A program made the position numbers and the translations under genes. From a virus (taxonomy: Duplodnaviria > Caudoviricetes), in IMG/VR virus record IMGVR_UViG_3300028802_000020, positions 1 to 53,698 of that record: 53,698 nt of DNA; one strand, 5' to 3'. Below, one piece after another: positions 25,850 through 34,665 of this stretch (within the stretch, counting starts at the first letter, position 1; every line of letters begins with the position of its first letter). The notes beneath the pieces were generated by a model. The model saw only the letters and a program-made list of their open reading frames with translations, did no database searches and had not been told where the DNA came from.

Positions 25850-26986
25850 ATGTCAGCGACCGGCAAGGGCCGGCTGACCGGCTTCGAACTCGCCGATGAG
25901 GATCTGCTGGATCCGACGTCGACGTCGTGCATCGACAGTCCGCTCGCCACCATCACCAACGACTACCTGTGGGGCGGTTTCCCGCCGACCCCGACGCGGA
26001 TCCCGTACTCGTGGCTCACCCCACCGGCGCGGTGGCGGTCCGACCAGCCGCGGAACGTCGCGCAGGTCACCCGCACCGGCGGTTCCACAGCTCGAGCAAC
26101 ATCGGTGGCGTCGGTGACCGCCGTCGGTGAGCGGCCGTTCGCCGCCATGCTGTCGAGTCCGGTCATCGCCGACCCGCAGGCATACGCGACCTGGATCGTC
26201 GGGAACTACACGGCCCCCCGGCAGCGGATGCCGCAGCTGCGGCTCAACCTGTTCTCCCGGACCGCGGTGGAGTGCTGGCTCATCCTCGAACGGGAGATCG
26301 GCGACCGGATCTCCATCACCGGCGCCCCCGGCGAGGACGTGCAACTGCTGTCGAACACCGGGTTCGAGATGACCGCATCGCCGTGGACGGCGCAGAACGG
26401 GACGGTCGCCCAGTCCGCACTGTTCCCCCGGGCGGGTACCGGGTCGCTGCTGCTGACACCGACCGGCGGGATCTCCGTCGTCAACGCCCTGTCGGAACTG
26501 GTGCCCGTCGCCGCCGGGTCGGTATATGCGACCACAGCATGGGTGGTGTCGCCGCTCGGCTGGGCCGGTGGCGTCACCACCGGCGTGAACTGGTTCCTCG
26601 CCGGGAACTTCGTCTCCACGATCTTCGGCACTGCGGTGCCGGTGACCGCGGGCACGATGACGCAACTCCCCGTTGAGATGTTCACTGCACCGGCCGGCGT
26701 CGACGCCGGGCAGTTGCGGATCCGGATGTCGGGCACGCCGGCCGCAACGGACCTGCTGTACATCGACGAGCCGTCGGTGACCGGCCCGGACGGCACCCGC
26801 AACCCGTGGCCGGACGGCGTCACCGAACTCGTCATCGAGGGCATCGCCCACTCCGCCGCCGGCGACACCCGCACCGTCACCTGGAACACCGCCCCGGTCA
26901 TCGGCGCCAGCCCGGGTGTGGCCGGGCCGTGGTTCCGCGCCGACGAATCCCGCACCGACACCGGCTCCGACCTGCTCGCGTTCTAA
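25850..26986 (+). CDS. minor tail protein (hub C-terminal part) with carbohydrate-binding module insert
   Basis: EIGDRISIT [LLSNTGFE..W..FTAPAG..LYIDE CBM-like] LVIEGIAH..WNTAP. Confidence 0.65.
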   Translation: MSATGKGRLTGFELADEDLLDPTSTSCIDSPLATITNDYLWGGFPPTPTRIPYSWLTPPARWRSDQPRNVAQVTRTGGSTARATSVASVTAVGERPFAAMLSSPVIADPQAYATWIVGNYTAPRQRMPQLRLNLFSRTAVECWLILEREIGDRISITGAPGEDVQLLSNTGFEMTASPWTAQNGTVAQSALFPRAGTGSLLLTPTGGISVVNALSELVPVAAGSVYATTAWVVSPLGWAGGVTTGVNWFLAGNFVSTIFGTAVPVTAGTMTQLPVEMFTAPAGVDAGQLRIRMSGTPAATDLLYIDEPSVTGPDGTRNPWPDGVTELVIEGIAHSAAGDTRTVTWNTAPVIGASPGVAGPWFRADESRTDTGSDLLAF

Positions 26987-26995
26987 GGAGGTCCG

Positions 26996-27499
26996 GTGGC
27001 TGTCCCCGTCAAACCCGTCTTCGGCACGAACGCCGTCGTGCCGTCATCAAAGCTCAACGCGCTCGCCGACCTGGCCAACTATGCGGTGAAGCCGCCGGCC
27101 TGCGCGGTGACGAGGTCGACGGCACAGTCGATTCCGAACTCAGCGATCACCTACATCACGTTCGACACCGAGCTCGTCGACACGACCGGCTCGATGTTCA
27201 CCGCCTCGTCGACCACGATCACCGTTCCTGAGACCGGGATCTACATGGTGTCCGGCTACTCGGGTCTGGCCATCAACGCCACCGGCTACCGGCGGCTCCT
27301 CCTCGACCAGAACGGCTCGTTCGTCGTCATCGACCAGCGCACCGCGGTCACCGGCGACAACACCCACATGACGATCAACACGTTGCTGGTGTGCACCGCC
27401 GGTGATGCCATCAAGCTCGCCGCCGACCAGAACTCCGGCGGCGCGCTCAACACTGCCGGCACACCGCGGTTCACCATCTCCTGGCAGTCGGCGACGTAG
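26996..27499 (+). CDS. minor tail protein (C1q-like/receptor-binding)
   Basis: AAGGAGG RBS; QSIPN..ITFDTE..D..ITVPETGIY..AGD.I.L..Q.SGGALN. Confidence 0.65.
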   Translation: MAVPVKPVFGTNAVVPSSKLNALADLANYAVKPPACAVTRSTAQSIPNSAITYITFDTELVDTTGSMFTASSTTITVPETGIYMVSGYSGLAINATGYRRLLLDQNGSFVVIDQRTAVTGDNTHMTINTLLVCTAGDAIKLAADQNSGGALNTAGTPRFTISWQSAT

Positions 27500-27508
27500 G
27501 AGGCGTAC

Positions 27509-27772
27509 ATGTGGCGAAAGATCGACGATGACCGGTGGATGTTCGACCACCCGGACGGCTCGACGCTCTACCTCCAGCGCTCCGGCGAGCGGCTCGTGGA
27601 ACTCCACGTGAACGGCCGGCAGGGCACCATCCACACCTACGTCGGTGAACTCGAAGCCGACGACACCCCGCTGTCTGCGGCGACATGGCAGTCCACGGTT
27701 GAGGTGACCGTCGACGGCGGTTCGTCGACGTGGGCGTGGGCAACGCTGGCCGAGGCAGTCCGGCCGACATGA
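27509..27772 (+). CDS. hypothetical protein
   Basis: GGAGG RBS, coupled to the endolysin gene. Confidence 0.6.
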   Translation: MWRKIDDDRWMFDHPDGSTLYLQRSGERLVELHVNGRQGTIHTYVGELEADDTPLSAATWQSTVEVTVDGGSSTWAWATLAEAVRPT

Positions 27773-28791
27773 CGATCTTCGGCTGGGACGCGTCGGACTT
27801 CGACCACGACCGCGGCCCGATGGACATGGCCGCCGCCCGAGCGGCCGGCATCGACTTCTACACCCACAAAGCCACCGAGGGCACCGGCGTGAAGCACCAC
27901 CCGGGCCCGTCGCTTGCTGCCGCCAAGGCTGCCGGGATTCCGTTCCTCGGCTGCTACATGGTGCCCCGCACCCCCGGCCCGTCGGTGGAGAAGCAGGTCG
28001 ACTACTTCCTGACCTGGGTCGGCCTCGAGGTGCCCTGGTGGCGGACGTTCCCCGGCTGGTTCTGGCAGATGGACACCGAGCACTGGGGCTACGACAACGT
28101 CCCGGCGTCGGTGGGGCATCAGGCAGCGCAGCTGCTGGCGCAGCGGACCGGGAAGACGGTCCTGCACTACGCACCGAAATGGGCGTACGGCGACAGTGTC
28201 CCTGCCGGTGAGCCGTTGTGGGCGTCGGCGTATGTGACCGGCTCCGGCCATTTCCGGCAGTTGTACCCGGGTGACACCTCGAGCCGCTGGGCTGCGTACA
28301 GCGGCAGGGCGCCAGCCATCCTGCAGTACACGTCCAGCGCCGTCATCGGCCGTCAGGCCGTCTGCGACGCGAACGCGTTCCGGGGCACCGTCGCCGACTT
28401 CGCGCGGCTCATCGGCGCATCTCACCTCACCTCCAAAGGAGCAGACGTGAACCTGACCGATCCGGTGCCGGGCGTTCCCGGCCTCACCGTGGGACAGGCC
28501 CTCGCCGACACGTGGCAGTGGTCCGCGACCGCTCGTGGCCTCGCCCCGACCGATCTGGACGGCATCCCGCAGCCGCGGACCGACGACCGGTTCTCCGACC
28601 CGACGTTCCAGGGTGCGGTGGTCAACGCCCTGCACCACCTGCCGCTGGTCAACATCGCCCCGGAGGCGGTGGCTGCGCTCCTCGCGCAGCAGCTCGGCCC
28701 GCTCCTCGGGGCGGCGCTGCTCAGCGTGCTGACGAGCCCGGAGGGTCAGGCGGCGATCGTCGCAGCGGTCAACACTGCCGAGGACTCGTAG
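27769..28791 (+). CDS. endolysin, GH25 muramidase
   Basis: FGWDAS, KATEG, MDTE (DxE), LW.SAY, LQYTS, CDAN.F.G motifs. Confidence 0.9.
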   Translation: MTIFGWDASDFDHDRGPMDMAAARAAGIDFYTHKATEGTGVKHHPGPSLAAAKAAGIPFLGCYMVPRTPGPSVEKQVDYFLTWVGLEVPWWRTFPGWFWQMDTEHWGYDNVPASVGHQAAQLLAQRTGKTVLHYAPKWAYGDSVPAGEPLWASAYVTGSGHFRQLYPGDTSSRWAAYSGRAPAILQYTSSAVIGRQAVCDANAFRGTVADFARLIGASHLTSKGADVNLTDPVPGVPGLTVGQALADTWQWSATARGLAPTDLDGIPQPRTDDRFSDPTFQGAVVNALHHLPLVNIAPEAVAALLAQQLGPLLGAALLSVLTSPEGQAAIVAAVNTAEDS

Positions 28792-28795
28792 CACC

Positions 28796-29209
28796 GTGAT
28801 CAAGCGGGGTGTTTCACTCAAGGAGCACTTCGAGAGATTGCTGGCGGAGAAGGATCTCCGCGACCAACAGCGGTTCGATGCCCAGGAGAAGGCGCTCACC
28901 GCAGCGCTGAACGCCGACCGGCTCGCCGTGCAGGCTGCGTTGACCGCACAGGAGAAAGCGGTTACGAAGGCGGAGGTTGCCGCCGACAAGCGCTTCGATC
29001 TGATCAACGAGTTGCGGGTCGGTGTCGCCACCCGGGACGAGGTCCAGGCGTTGGAGAAGATCGTCACGGTGATGCGTGACGAGGTCACCGCCCTGCGTGG
29101 CGCGACGGCGGGCGGCGCCAGCGCGCGGACCACCCTGTTCACGATCGGTGGTCTGGTCATCGCCGCGGTCAGCGCCGCAACGATCGTCATCTCGTTTGTT
29201 GCGCGTTGA
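28796..29209 (+). CDS. coiled-coil membrane protein (lysis-associated)
   Basis: RFDAQEKA..KAE.A..KRF coiled coil with C-terminal TM helix. Confidence 0.65.
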   Translation: MIKRGVSLKEHFERLLAEKDLRDQQRFDAQEKALTAALNADRLAVQAALTAQEKAVTKAEVAADKRFDLINELRVGVATRDEVQALEKIVTVMRDEVTALRGATAGGASARTTLFTIGGLVIAAVSAATIVISFVAR

Positions 29210-29272
29210 GCACCACCCGCTCAGCCCAGACCCCGCGGGCGGGACGATCAACCCCGGAAGGCCAAGGCGTGC

Positions 29273-29524
29273 ATGGAGACGCTGACCCCCTGGTTCGAAC
29301 CGTCCGCCTACGGCCTGCTTGGCCTGATCGTCCTACTGGTGCTGGGTGGCCGCCTGGTCACCAGCAAACAGCTCACCAGGGAGTTGGCGCGGGAGCGGCA
29401 GCGGGCGGACGAGTACAAGGCAGCCTGGGCGGCGGCGGACGCCAGGTCGGACAAGCTCGCCGATACTCTCGCGGAGGCACTGCCGCTGATCAGGGCGGTG
29501 GCGCAACGCAGTCAGGTGCAGTAA
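29273..29524 (+). CDS. small membrane protein (holin-like)
   Basis: GLLGLIVLLVLGGRLV TM followed by a coiled region. Confidence 0.6.
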   Translation: METLTPWFEPSAYGLLGLIVLLVLGGRLVTSKQLTRELARERQRADEYKAAWAAADARSDKLADTLAEALPLIRAVAQRSQVQ

Positions 29525-29781
29525 TGCTGCCAGCGAACCTGTGGAAACTGCTGTGGCGGGTGTTCATCCCGATCCGCCGGCATGCGGCGCCCGCCCACGA
29601 CGGCAAGGTCACCCCGGCCCGGATGGATGAGGCCCGGTCCGCGCGGCTCGACGCTGAGGCAAAGCTCGCCGACACGGACAGTGTGGTGCAGCATGCCCGC
29701 GGGGTGCTGTGGCGGCTGCATCGTCAGCGCGACCACGACGGCGGCGATGACCGCCAGCGCGAGCCCAATCATCGCGATTGA
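29524..29781 (+). CDS. hypothetical protein
   Basis: TAATG coupling to the previous stop. Confidence 0.5.
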   Translation: MLPANLWKLLWRVFIPIRRHAAPAHDGKVTPARMDEARSARLDAEAKLADTDSVVQHARGVLWRLHRQRDHDGGDDRQREPNHRD

Positions 29782-29880
29782 GCCTGGTAGGCAGCCACCA
29801 CGGTCGGTCGGTTCACTCATGCCCCGCATGGTGCACCAGCCGCGCCACCATCGACAGGCATGCGTCCGTGATCCGTGCGG

Positions 29881-30036
29881 CTAGTCGGTCCAGCGCACCG
29901 GGAACGGACCGACCTTCCCCTCGTGCACCGAGTCGCCCTTCTCGATGTGATCTGCGCTCTTGGCGCACCGGACCTCGACGTCACCGACGGCCGTCGGGCT
30001 GAGGTGGACGGCCGGGCACTGCTCCGGTTCAGCCAC
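29881..30036 (-). CDS. 51-aa Cys/His (C..C..H..H..W) putative zinc-binding protein
   Basis: GTG overlapping the upstream stop; MAEPEQCPAVH..VRCAKSADH..VHEG..RWTD. Confidence 0.5.
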   Translation of the reverse strand: MAEPEQCPAVHLSPTAVGDVEVRCAKSADHIEKGDSVHEGKVGPFPVRWTD

Positions 30037-30817
30037 GGTTCATCGGCTGCTTCCCGGCCCATGCCCTGACCGTCTGCCGGTCAACGCCGGCAGTCCGGGC
30101 GATCTCGGTCTCCTCCCGACGCTCCTCCAGCGCCCGCAGGACACCGGCGCGCAGGATCGCGGTCGCCTCGTCGTATGCCCGCTTGGCGTCGGCGCGCACC
30201 CGACCGAGCGCGCCCAGGTCGACGCTGCCGTGGGGTGCCTCAACCTGGATCTGCTGGTAGCCCTCGTTGTCCAGCCACGCCCGGCGCTGCTCCGCCTGCT
30301 CTGCGGTGTCGGCGTAGCCGCCGCAGTACTCACGTGCGCGAACCCGTGCGGAGATGAACCAGCGCGGTCCCCGGTTGCTGCGCATCTCGGCGAGCCTGCC
30401 GATGGAGAGCAGGTAGACCATCGCCGTGCCCGAGGTGATCGGCCGTGCCGGCGCCGGTGCAACGTTGTGCAATTCGACCTGCTCGACCGCCGCCGGTTCG
30501 GTGCTGGTCTCGATGGCCGCCAGGGCGGCGATCACGGCATCGACGAGGGCGTCTCCGTCCCGGCTAGCGGTCTGGGCGGACAGGATGCCGTCCTGCCAGA
30601 AGACCGCGCTGTCTGCCAGCCGTTTGGCCTCGGCGTTGGAGATCTTCTCGCCGCGGAGGGCGGCGAAGCTGATGTTGCCCGTCTTGTAGTAGTCGATCTC
30701 CAGGCCGATCAGCTTGGCCAGGGCCGCGCCCCTGAGGTAGACGCGGGTGACCTTCTGGTCGGGGCTGGTCCAGGACTTGCCGCCGATGGCCTCGATCTGC
30801 TCTGCCGTGTATGTCAT
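30029..30817 (-). CDS. hypothetical protein with C-terminal HTH
   Basis: C-terminal ETEIARTAGVDRQTVRAWAGK; leaderless ATG at 30817. Confidence 0.7.
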   Translation of the reverse strand: MTYTAEQIEAIGGKSWTSPDQKVTRVYLRGAALAKLIGLEIDYYKTGNISFAALRGEKISNAEAKRLADSAVFWQDGILSAQTASRDGDALVDAVIAALAAIETSTEPAAVEQVELHNVAPAPARPITSGTAMVYLLSIGRLAEMRSNRGPRWFISARVRAREYCGGYADTAEQAEQRRAWLDNEGYQQIQVEAPHGSVDLGALGRVRADAKRAYDEATAILRAGVLRALEERREETEIARTAGVDRQTVRAWAGKQPMNRG

Positions 30818-30853
30818 GTAGAGCACTCTACACGTAGAGCACTCTACGCACAA
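30818..30853 (-). promoter_or_regulatory. leaderless promoter overlapped by two palindromic operators
   Basis: TTGTGC-17-TAGAGT-7-ATG; GTAGAGCACTCTAC at 30818-31 and 30834-47. Confidence 0.7.
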
Positions 30854-30867
30854 GACCCTTCTTAGCT

Positions 30868-31060
30868 AGCCCGCTCGCCACAGGCGACCGGGCTGAACAG
30901 CCGCGCCCCGATCCGTATCCGCCTTCTGAGGGGTGTGGCGACGAGGCGGATCGGGCGCTGAACGTGCCCGGCTCGCGTCGCCTCCCGCTTGGGAAGGCCG
31001 GAAGCCGACGCGAGCCGGCGCACTGATTTGCCTTCCCGCCTTCCCGGAATGAGGTCCAAC
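30868..31060 (+). ncRNA. structured leader upstream of the antirepressor gene
   Basis: three stem-loops; 13-bp stem 30968-80/31006-18 whose loop pairs 13 of 14 nt with 31032-45. Confidence 0.45.
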
Positions 31061-31750
31061 GTGACCGACATGCAGTTGTTCAACAACGGAGAGTTCTCGC
31101 TGAGCTTCACCTCGGCGGGCGACTCGTTCCGGGTGTCCGCGCCCGACGTGGCACGAGCGCTCGGCTTCCGCGACGCCGGCCGGCTCGTCCAGTCGATCCC
31201 CGAAGTCGACAAGGGGTACACGCTGGCGCGTACCCCTGGCGGCGAGCAGCGGATCTGGTACCTGACCGAGGCCGGGTTCTACCGCGCCCTCGGCCAGCGG
31301 CAGCCCGCGCGGATCCGCGACGCCGTTGTCCGGGAGCAGGTGTCGCGGTTCCAGTCGTGGGTGTACAGCGAGGTGCTCCCGTCAATCCGCAAGACCGGTG
31401 GCTACGTGGCCGCGCAGCGCACGGTGTCCGCGTCGATGTACGAGCCGCACACCTTCACGTGGGACGAGGTCTCCGCGAAGCTGCGGCAGAGTTTCGGCAT
31501 CACGCTGACCGTGAACGAGTTGACCCGGCTCCTGCGGACCGGCGGGGTTCTCAAGCAGAACGGCTCACCGACGAAGCGGTACCAGCATCTTTTTTGGTTC
31601 ACGAACTCGGCGTGGAACGTCCATCCGCACGTGATGCCGGAGATCGCCGTCAAGGTCTACGACACCGGCCGCGAGCTCCAGGACTTTCGGTTCATCCAGG
31701 CGCGCTTGCAGTTCGAGGGCGTCGGGGACGTGCGGGAGATCAAGGCGTGA
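31061..31750 (+). CDS. BRO-N domain antirepressor
   Basis: DVARALGF, TPGGEQ..LTEAGFY, FQSWVYSEVLPSIRKTGGY. Confidence 0.9.
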   Translation: MTDMQLFNNGEFSLSFTSAGDSFRVSAPDVARALGFRDAGRLVQSIPEVDKGYTLARTPGGEQRIWYLTEAGFYRALGQRQPARIRDAVVREQVSRFQSWVYSEVLPSIRKTGGYVAAQRTVSASMYEPHTFTWDEVSAKLRQSFGITLTVNELTRLLRTGGVLKQNGSPTKRYQHLFWFTNSAWNVHPHVMPEIAVKVYDTGRELQDFRFIQARLQFEGVGDVREIKA

Positions 31751-32394
31751 GCGACTACGACTCCACCGCCGACACGCTCCAGCATGCCCGCCGCGTGGCC
31801 GAACTGGTCGCGCCGCTCGCTGCCGAGATGGTGCAGCGAGGCATCCAGCACGACCGCTCAAAGACCGAGGCGCCCGAGGTGGACGTCTTCAACGAGTACA
31901 CGCCGAAGCTGAAGAATTCCACCTACGGCTCCGACGAGTACAAGGGCTTCCTCGCCGGGATGGGTGCCGGACTGGAGCACCACTACAGTGCGAACCGGCA
32001 TCACCCGGAGCACTTCACGCATGGCGTGGACGGCATGACGCTGGTCGACCTGCTCGAAATGCTCGCCGACTGGAAAGCCGCCACCGAGCGCCACGCCGAC
32101 GGCGACCTGCGCAGGAGCCTCGCCGTCCAGCGCGACCGGTTCGGTCTCAGCGACCAGCTCGTGCAGATCCTGACGAACACCGCCGCGTACTACGACTGGA
32201 TCCCCGGTCAGCCGGCGATCACCGGCCCGCGGGAGACGTGCGGCGTTGCTGGCCGCGCGCCGAACGGTGACGTCCTGGACTGCAACCAGGCGGCTGGCCA
32301 TGAGCGCGACAACCGCGTGCCGGGTGCGCGCGTGCACTGCGACGGCTCGCGGGACAGCCTGTGCTGGAACGACGGCGAGATCGCCTCGCTCTGA
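31747..32394 (+). CDS. DUF5662-like HD-superfamily protein
   Basis: HDRSK, YGSDEYK, HHY..NRHHPEH, DLLEMLADW. Confidence 0.75.
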   Translation: MSDYDSTADTLQHARRVAELVAPLAAEMVQRGIQHDRSKTEAPEVDVFNEYTPKLKNSTYGSDEYKGFLAGMGAGLEHHYSANRHHPEHFTHGVDGMTLVDLLEMLADWKAATERHADGDLRRSLAVQRDRFGLSDQLVQILTNTAAYYDWIPGQPAITGPRETCGVAGRAPNGDVLDCNQAAGHERDNRVPGARVHCDGSRDSLCWNDGEIASL

Positions 32395-32564
32395 CCGAAC
32401 CCTGAACCACCCGGCGCCCCGTTCAGGACTTCGCCGGTTTCCCTGAATCCCAAGATCGTGCCCCGGCTCGCGCCCGTCTTCCGAGGGGTGGGGCGGTGTA
32501 GCGCGAGCCGGGGCACCGACCCACCTGCTCAACCCCCAACACCCCTTCATCGAAGGAGTGCACC

Positions 32565-32858
32565 ATGAACGACTTCTTGAAGTCCGTGGTTCGCGAGCTC
32601 GCCCAGAAGGCTGTCGGTGTCGCCGTGGTCTGGCTCGTCGCCCACGGCGTCGACGTGCCGGCCGCCGTCACCGACTGGACCGTCCTCGCACTGGTCGGCG
32701 GCGGTGTCGCCCTATGGACCATCGCCGTGAGGTTCCTGGAGACCCGCGACTCCGGTGTGCTCCGCGGCCTCGCCCGGCTGCTGATGCTCGGCATCGGGTC
32801 GAAGCCCACCTACCCGCCTGCAGTCCCGGAACCTGTCAAGGCAGTCCGAGGCTTCTGA
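32565..32858 (+). CDS. holin-like membrane protein
   Basis: AAGGAG RBS; two TM segments, VRFLE..LARLL.LG...P.Y. Confidence 0.6.
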   Translation: MNDFLKSVVRELAQKAVGVAVVWLVAHGVDVPAAVTDWTVLALVGGGVALWTIAVRFLETRDSGVLRGLARLLMLGIGSKPTYPPAVPEPVKAVRGF

Positions 32859-32960
32859 TGGGCGACGGCACCGGCGGAGGCAACTGACCCGCGGCTGTAC
32901 GACACGGGCTGTAGTACAGGAGTGTTGTACAGGCGCCGGCTCAGAACGTCATCGAGAAGC

Positions 32961-33003
32961 AGAGCGGCCCCGCACCTCTTCGGAGGGGCGGGGCCGCTCT
33001 TCT
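32961..33003. terminator. intrinsic terminator, probably bidirectional
   Basis: AGAGCGGCCCCGC..CTTCGG..GCGGGGCCGCTCT between convergent genes. Confidence 0.75.
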
Positions 33004-33022
33004 CGTTGATGAGTCTTTGTCC

Positions 33023-33211
33023 TCACAAGGTGTTCAGCGGAGACCGGTGCGTGATCAGCCACCACCACGATGCAGCCTTCCGGTGGTAGGAGCCCTCCGC
33101 CGGATACCATCCCCCAGTCTCCCGGGTCCAGGTGCAGCCGTGGGCGTCGGTGACGCGGAACAGGTTGAGGGGCTCGTTGTCGCCGAGGACGAAGCGCCGC
33201 GGCCTGGTCAT
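33023..33211 (-). CDS. hypothetical protein
   Basis: V.DAHG..W.R..W motif, coupled leftward operon. Confidence 0.6.
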   Translation of the reverse strand: MTRPRRFVLGDNEPLNLFRVTDAHGCTWTRETGGWYPAEGSYHRKAASWWWLITHRSPLNTL

Positions 33212-33381
33212 GCCGGGCGCCGCATCGTCTCGCGTACCCGCTGCAACTTGTCGATCAACTCGTCCAGCTCCTCAGCGTCCAGGTCGACGATCCCGCAGGA
33301 CTGCAACCCGTACACGATCACCGTCGCGATGTTGCCGACCTGGTAGGCCCCGAACTTCTCGGTGCCGGTCTGAGTCGTCAC
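33208..33381 (-). CDS. hypothetical protein
   Basis: GGAGG RBS before GTG, coupled. Confidence 0.55.
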   Translation of the reverse strand: MTTQTGTEKFGAYQVGNIATVIVYGLQSCGIVDLDAEELDELIDKLQRVRETMRRPA

Positions 33382-33629
33382 CGCTCCTCCTTGGTGCGCT
33401 TCTCCATGTCGCTGCGGATCAGCAGGCACCCGATGGCCTGCTGCAGGTGGTAGGCGAGCAGCGCCGCGGTTTCGAGGTCGTCGGCGTCCATTCCGCCGAG
33501 CACGTCCATGAGTTTGTCGTGGCCGCTCGCCGGGAGCGACCAGTCGTGATCGATTGACACTGCGGCGGCGAGCAGTGCGCGGCCGGACTCGGTGACGGCT
33601 TGCCGGACCGGCGGGGTGTAGGTCGTCAT
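33378..33629 (-). CDS. hypothetical protein
   Basis: GGAG RBS, coupled. Confidence 0.55.
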   Translation of the reverse strand: MTTYTPPVRQAVTESGRALLAAAVSIDHDWSLPASGHDKLMDVLGGMDADDLETAALLAYHLQQAIGCLLIRSDMEKRTKEER

Positions 33630-33675
33630 GTCGGAGTCTCCAATCCTAGGTCTGAGTTCGAGTGTGCTGCTGTGC

Positions 33676-33712
33676 GCCGCCCGGTCGCTTCGTGCGACCG
33701 GGCGGCCTTTTC
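33676..33712 (+). terminator. hairpin/terminator
   Basis: GCCGCCCGGTCGC-TTCGT-GCGACCGGGCGGC followed by CTTTT. Confidence 0.55.
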
Positions 33713-33716
33713 GTCG

Positions 33717-34289
33717 TTACCGGATCGCCGGGGACACCGGTGCGTCCGCGGGGCTGTAGCCGTTGGCCATCGCGGCCAGTTCGGCGGCGGCCTTCTTGTT
33801 GGCGATCGTGATGGCGCGCTTCTGGGCGGGGGTGAGGGTCTTGGCCTTGGCGTGCCGGCGGCAGGTGCAGCCCTCGACGCAGCGCTTCCCGGCGCGGGTC
33901 TCCGGCGTGGTCTCGGCCTGCGGGGCGGGGCGGAGCTTCATCGAGTACCACTCGGCGGCGATGAACCCGGCAACGACGAGGACGCCGTAGAGCTGCTGGC
34001 CGAGGTTGTGTCCGGCGTAGACGTTGCAGGCCAGGGAGAGCGACCCGGCGCCGGACATCAGCAGCAGCCCGGCGCGCTGGGTGGACACCGCGAACTTGCT
34101 GCCGCGGCCGATGAGCCCGAGGACGGCGAGTCCGTCGATGAAGCCGGGGACCGTCCAGGCCTCCCAGCCGAGTCCGAGCGCCCGGGAGGTGGAGACGATG
34201 TGCATGAAGCTGATGGCTGCGGCGCCGAGCATGAACGCTCGGACGATGAGGCAGATGAGGATGTAGGTCCAGTTGCGCTTGGTGGTCAT
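33717..34289 (-). CDS. DUF2637-like membrane protein
   Basis: AAAISFMHI..G...EAW..P..IDG, SLACNV; four TM segments. Confidence 0.7.
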   Translation of the reverse strand: MTTKRNWTYILICLIVRAFMLGAAAISFMHIVSTSRALGLGWEAWTVPGFIDGLAVLGLIGRGSKFAVSTQRAGLLLMSGAGSLSLACNVYAGHNLGQQLYGVLVVAGFIAAEWYSMKLRPAPQAETTPETRAGKRCVEGCTCRRHAKAKTLTPAQKRAITIANKKAAAELAAMANGYSPADAPVSPAIR

Positions 34290-34665
34290 TGCGTCCTCCG
34301 GGGAGCTTGGGGTGTTGGGGATGCGCGGAGCGGGTGGCGCTCGAACGCGCGACGTCTGAGATCAGTGTGAACCGCTAGCGGTGTCCAAACCATGGCCGCT
34401 GACCTGCGGCGATGACCGGTGATCTGCTGGTGCGCCCGGGTTCTGGCCCCGTCGTTACGGTGTGTTGCCGAATGTAAGGGGTGATGTGGCGAGGCTGCTT
34501 ATACCGAGTGGATCTCCAAGCCCCGCAACCTCCGTATGCACCGCTAGATGTGCACGAAAGGTTGAGCAGTGATGTCCGAATCCGGCAGGTTTGGCTCGCC
34601 TAGATCAACATGTTGGCACGGTAACCGGACAAAGAGACGCCCTGGAGATCAACACGGAGCGTTTT

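Noticed and set aside
34464-34492. dif-like site GTTGCCGAATG-TAAGGG-GTGATGTGGCG
   Set aside because: The right arm matches the TTATGT consensus poorly; not supportable by eye
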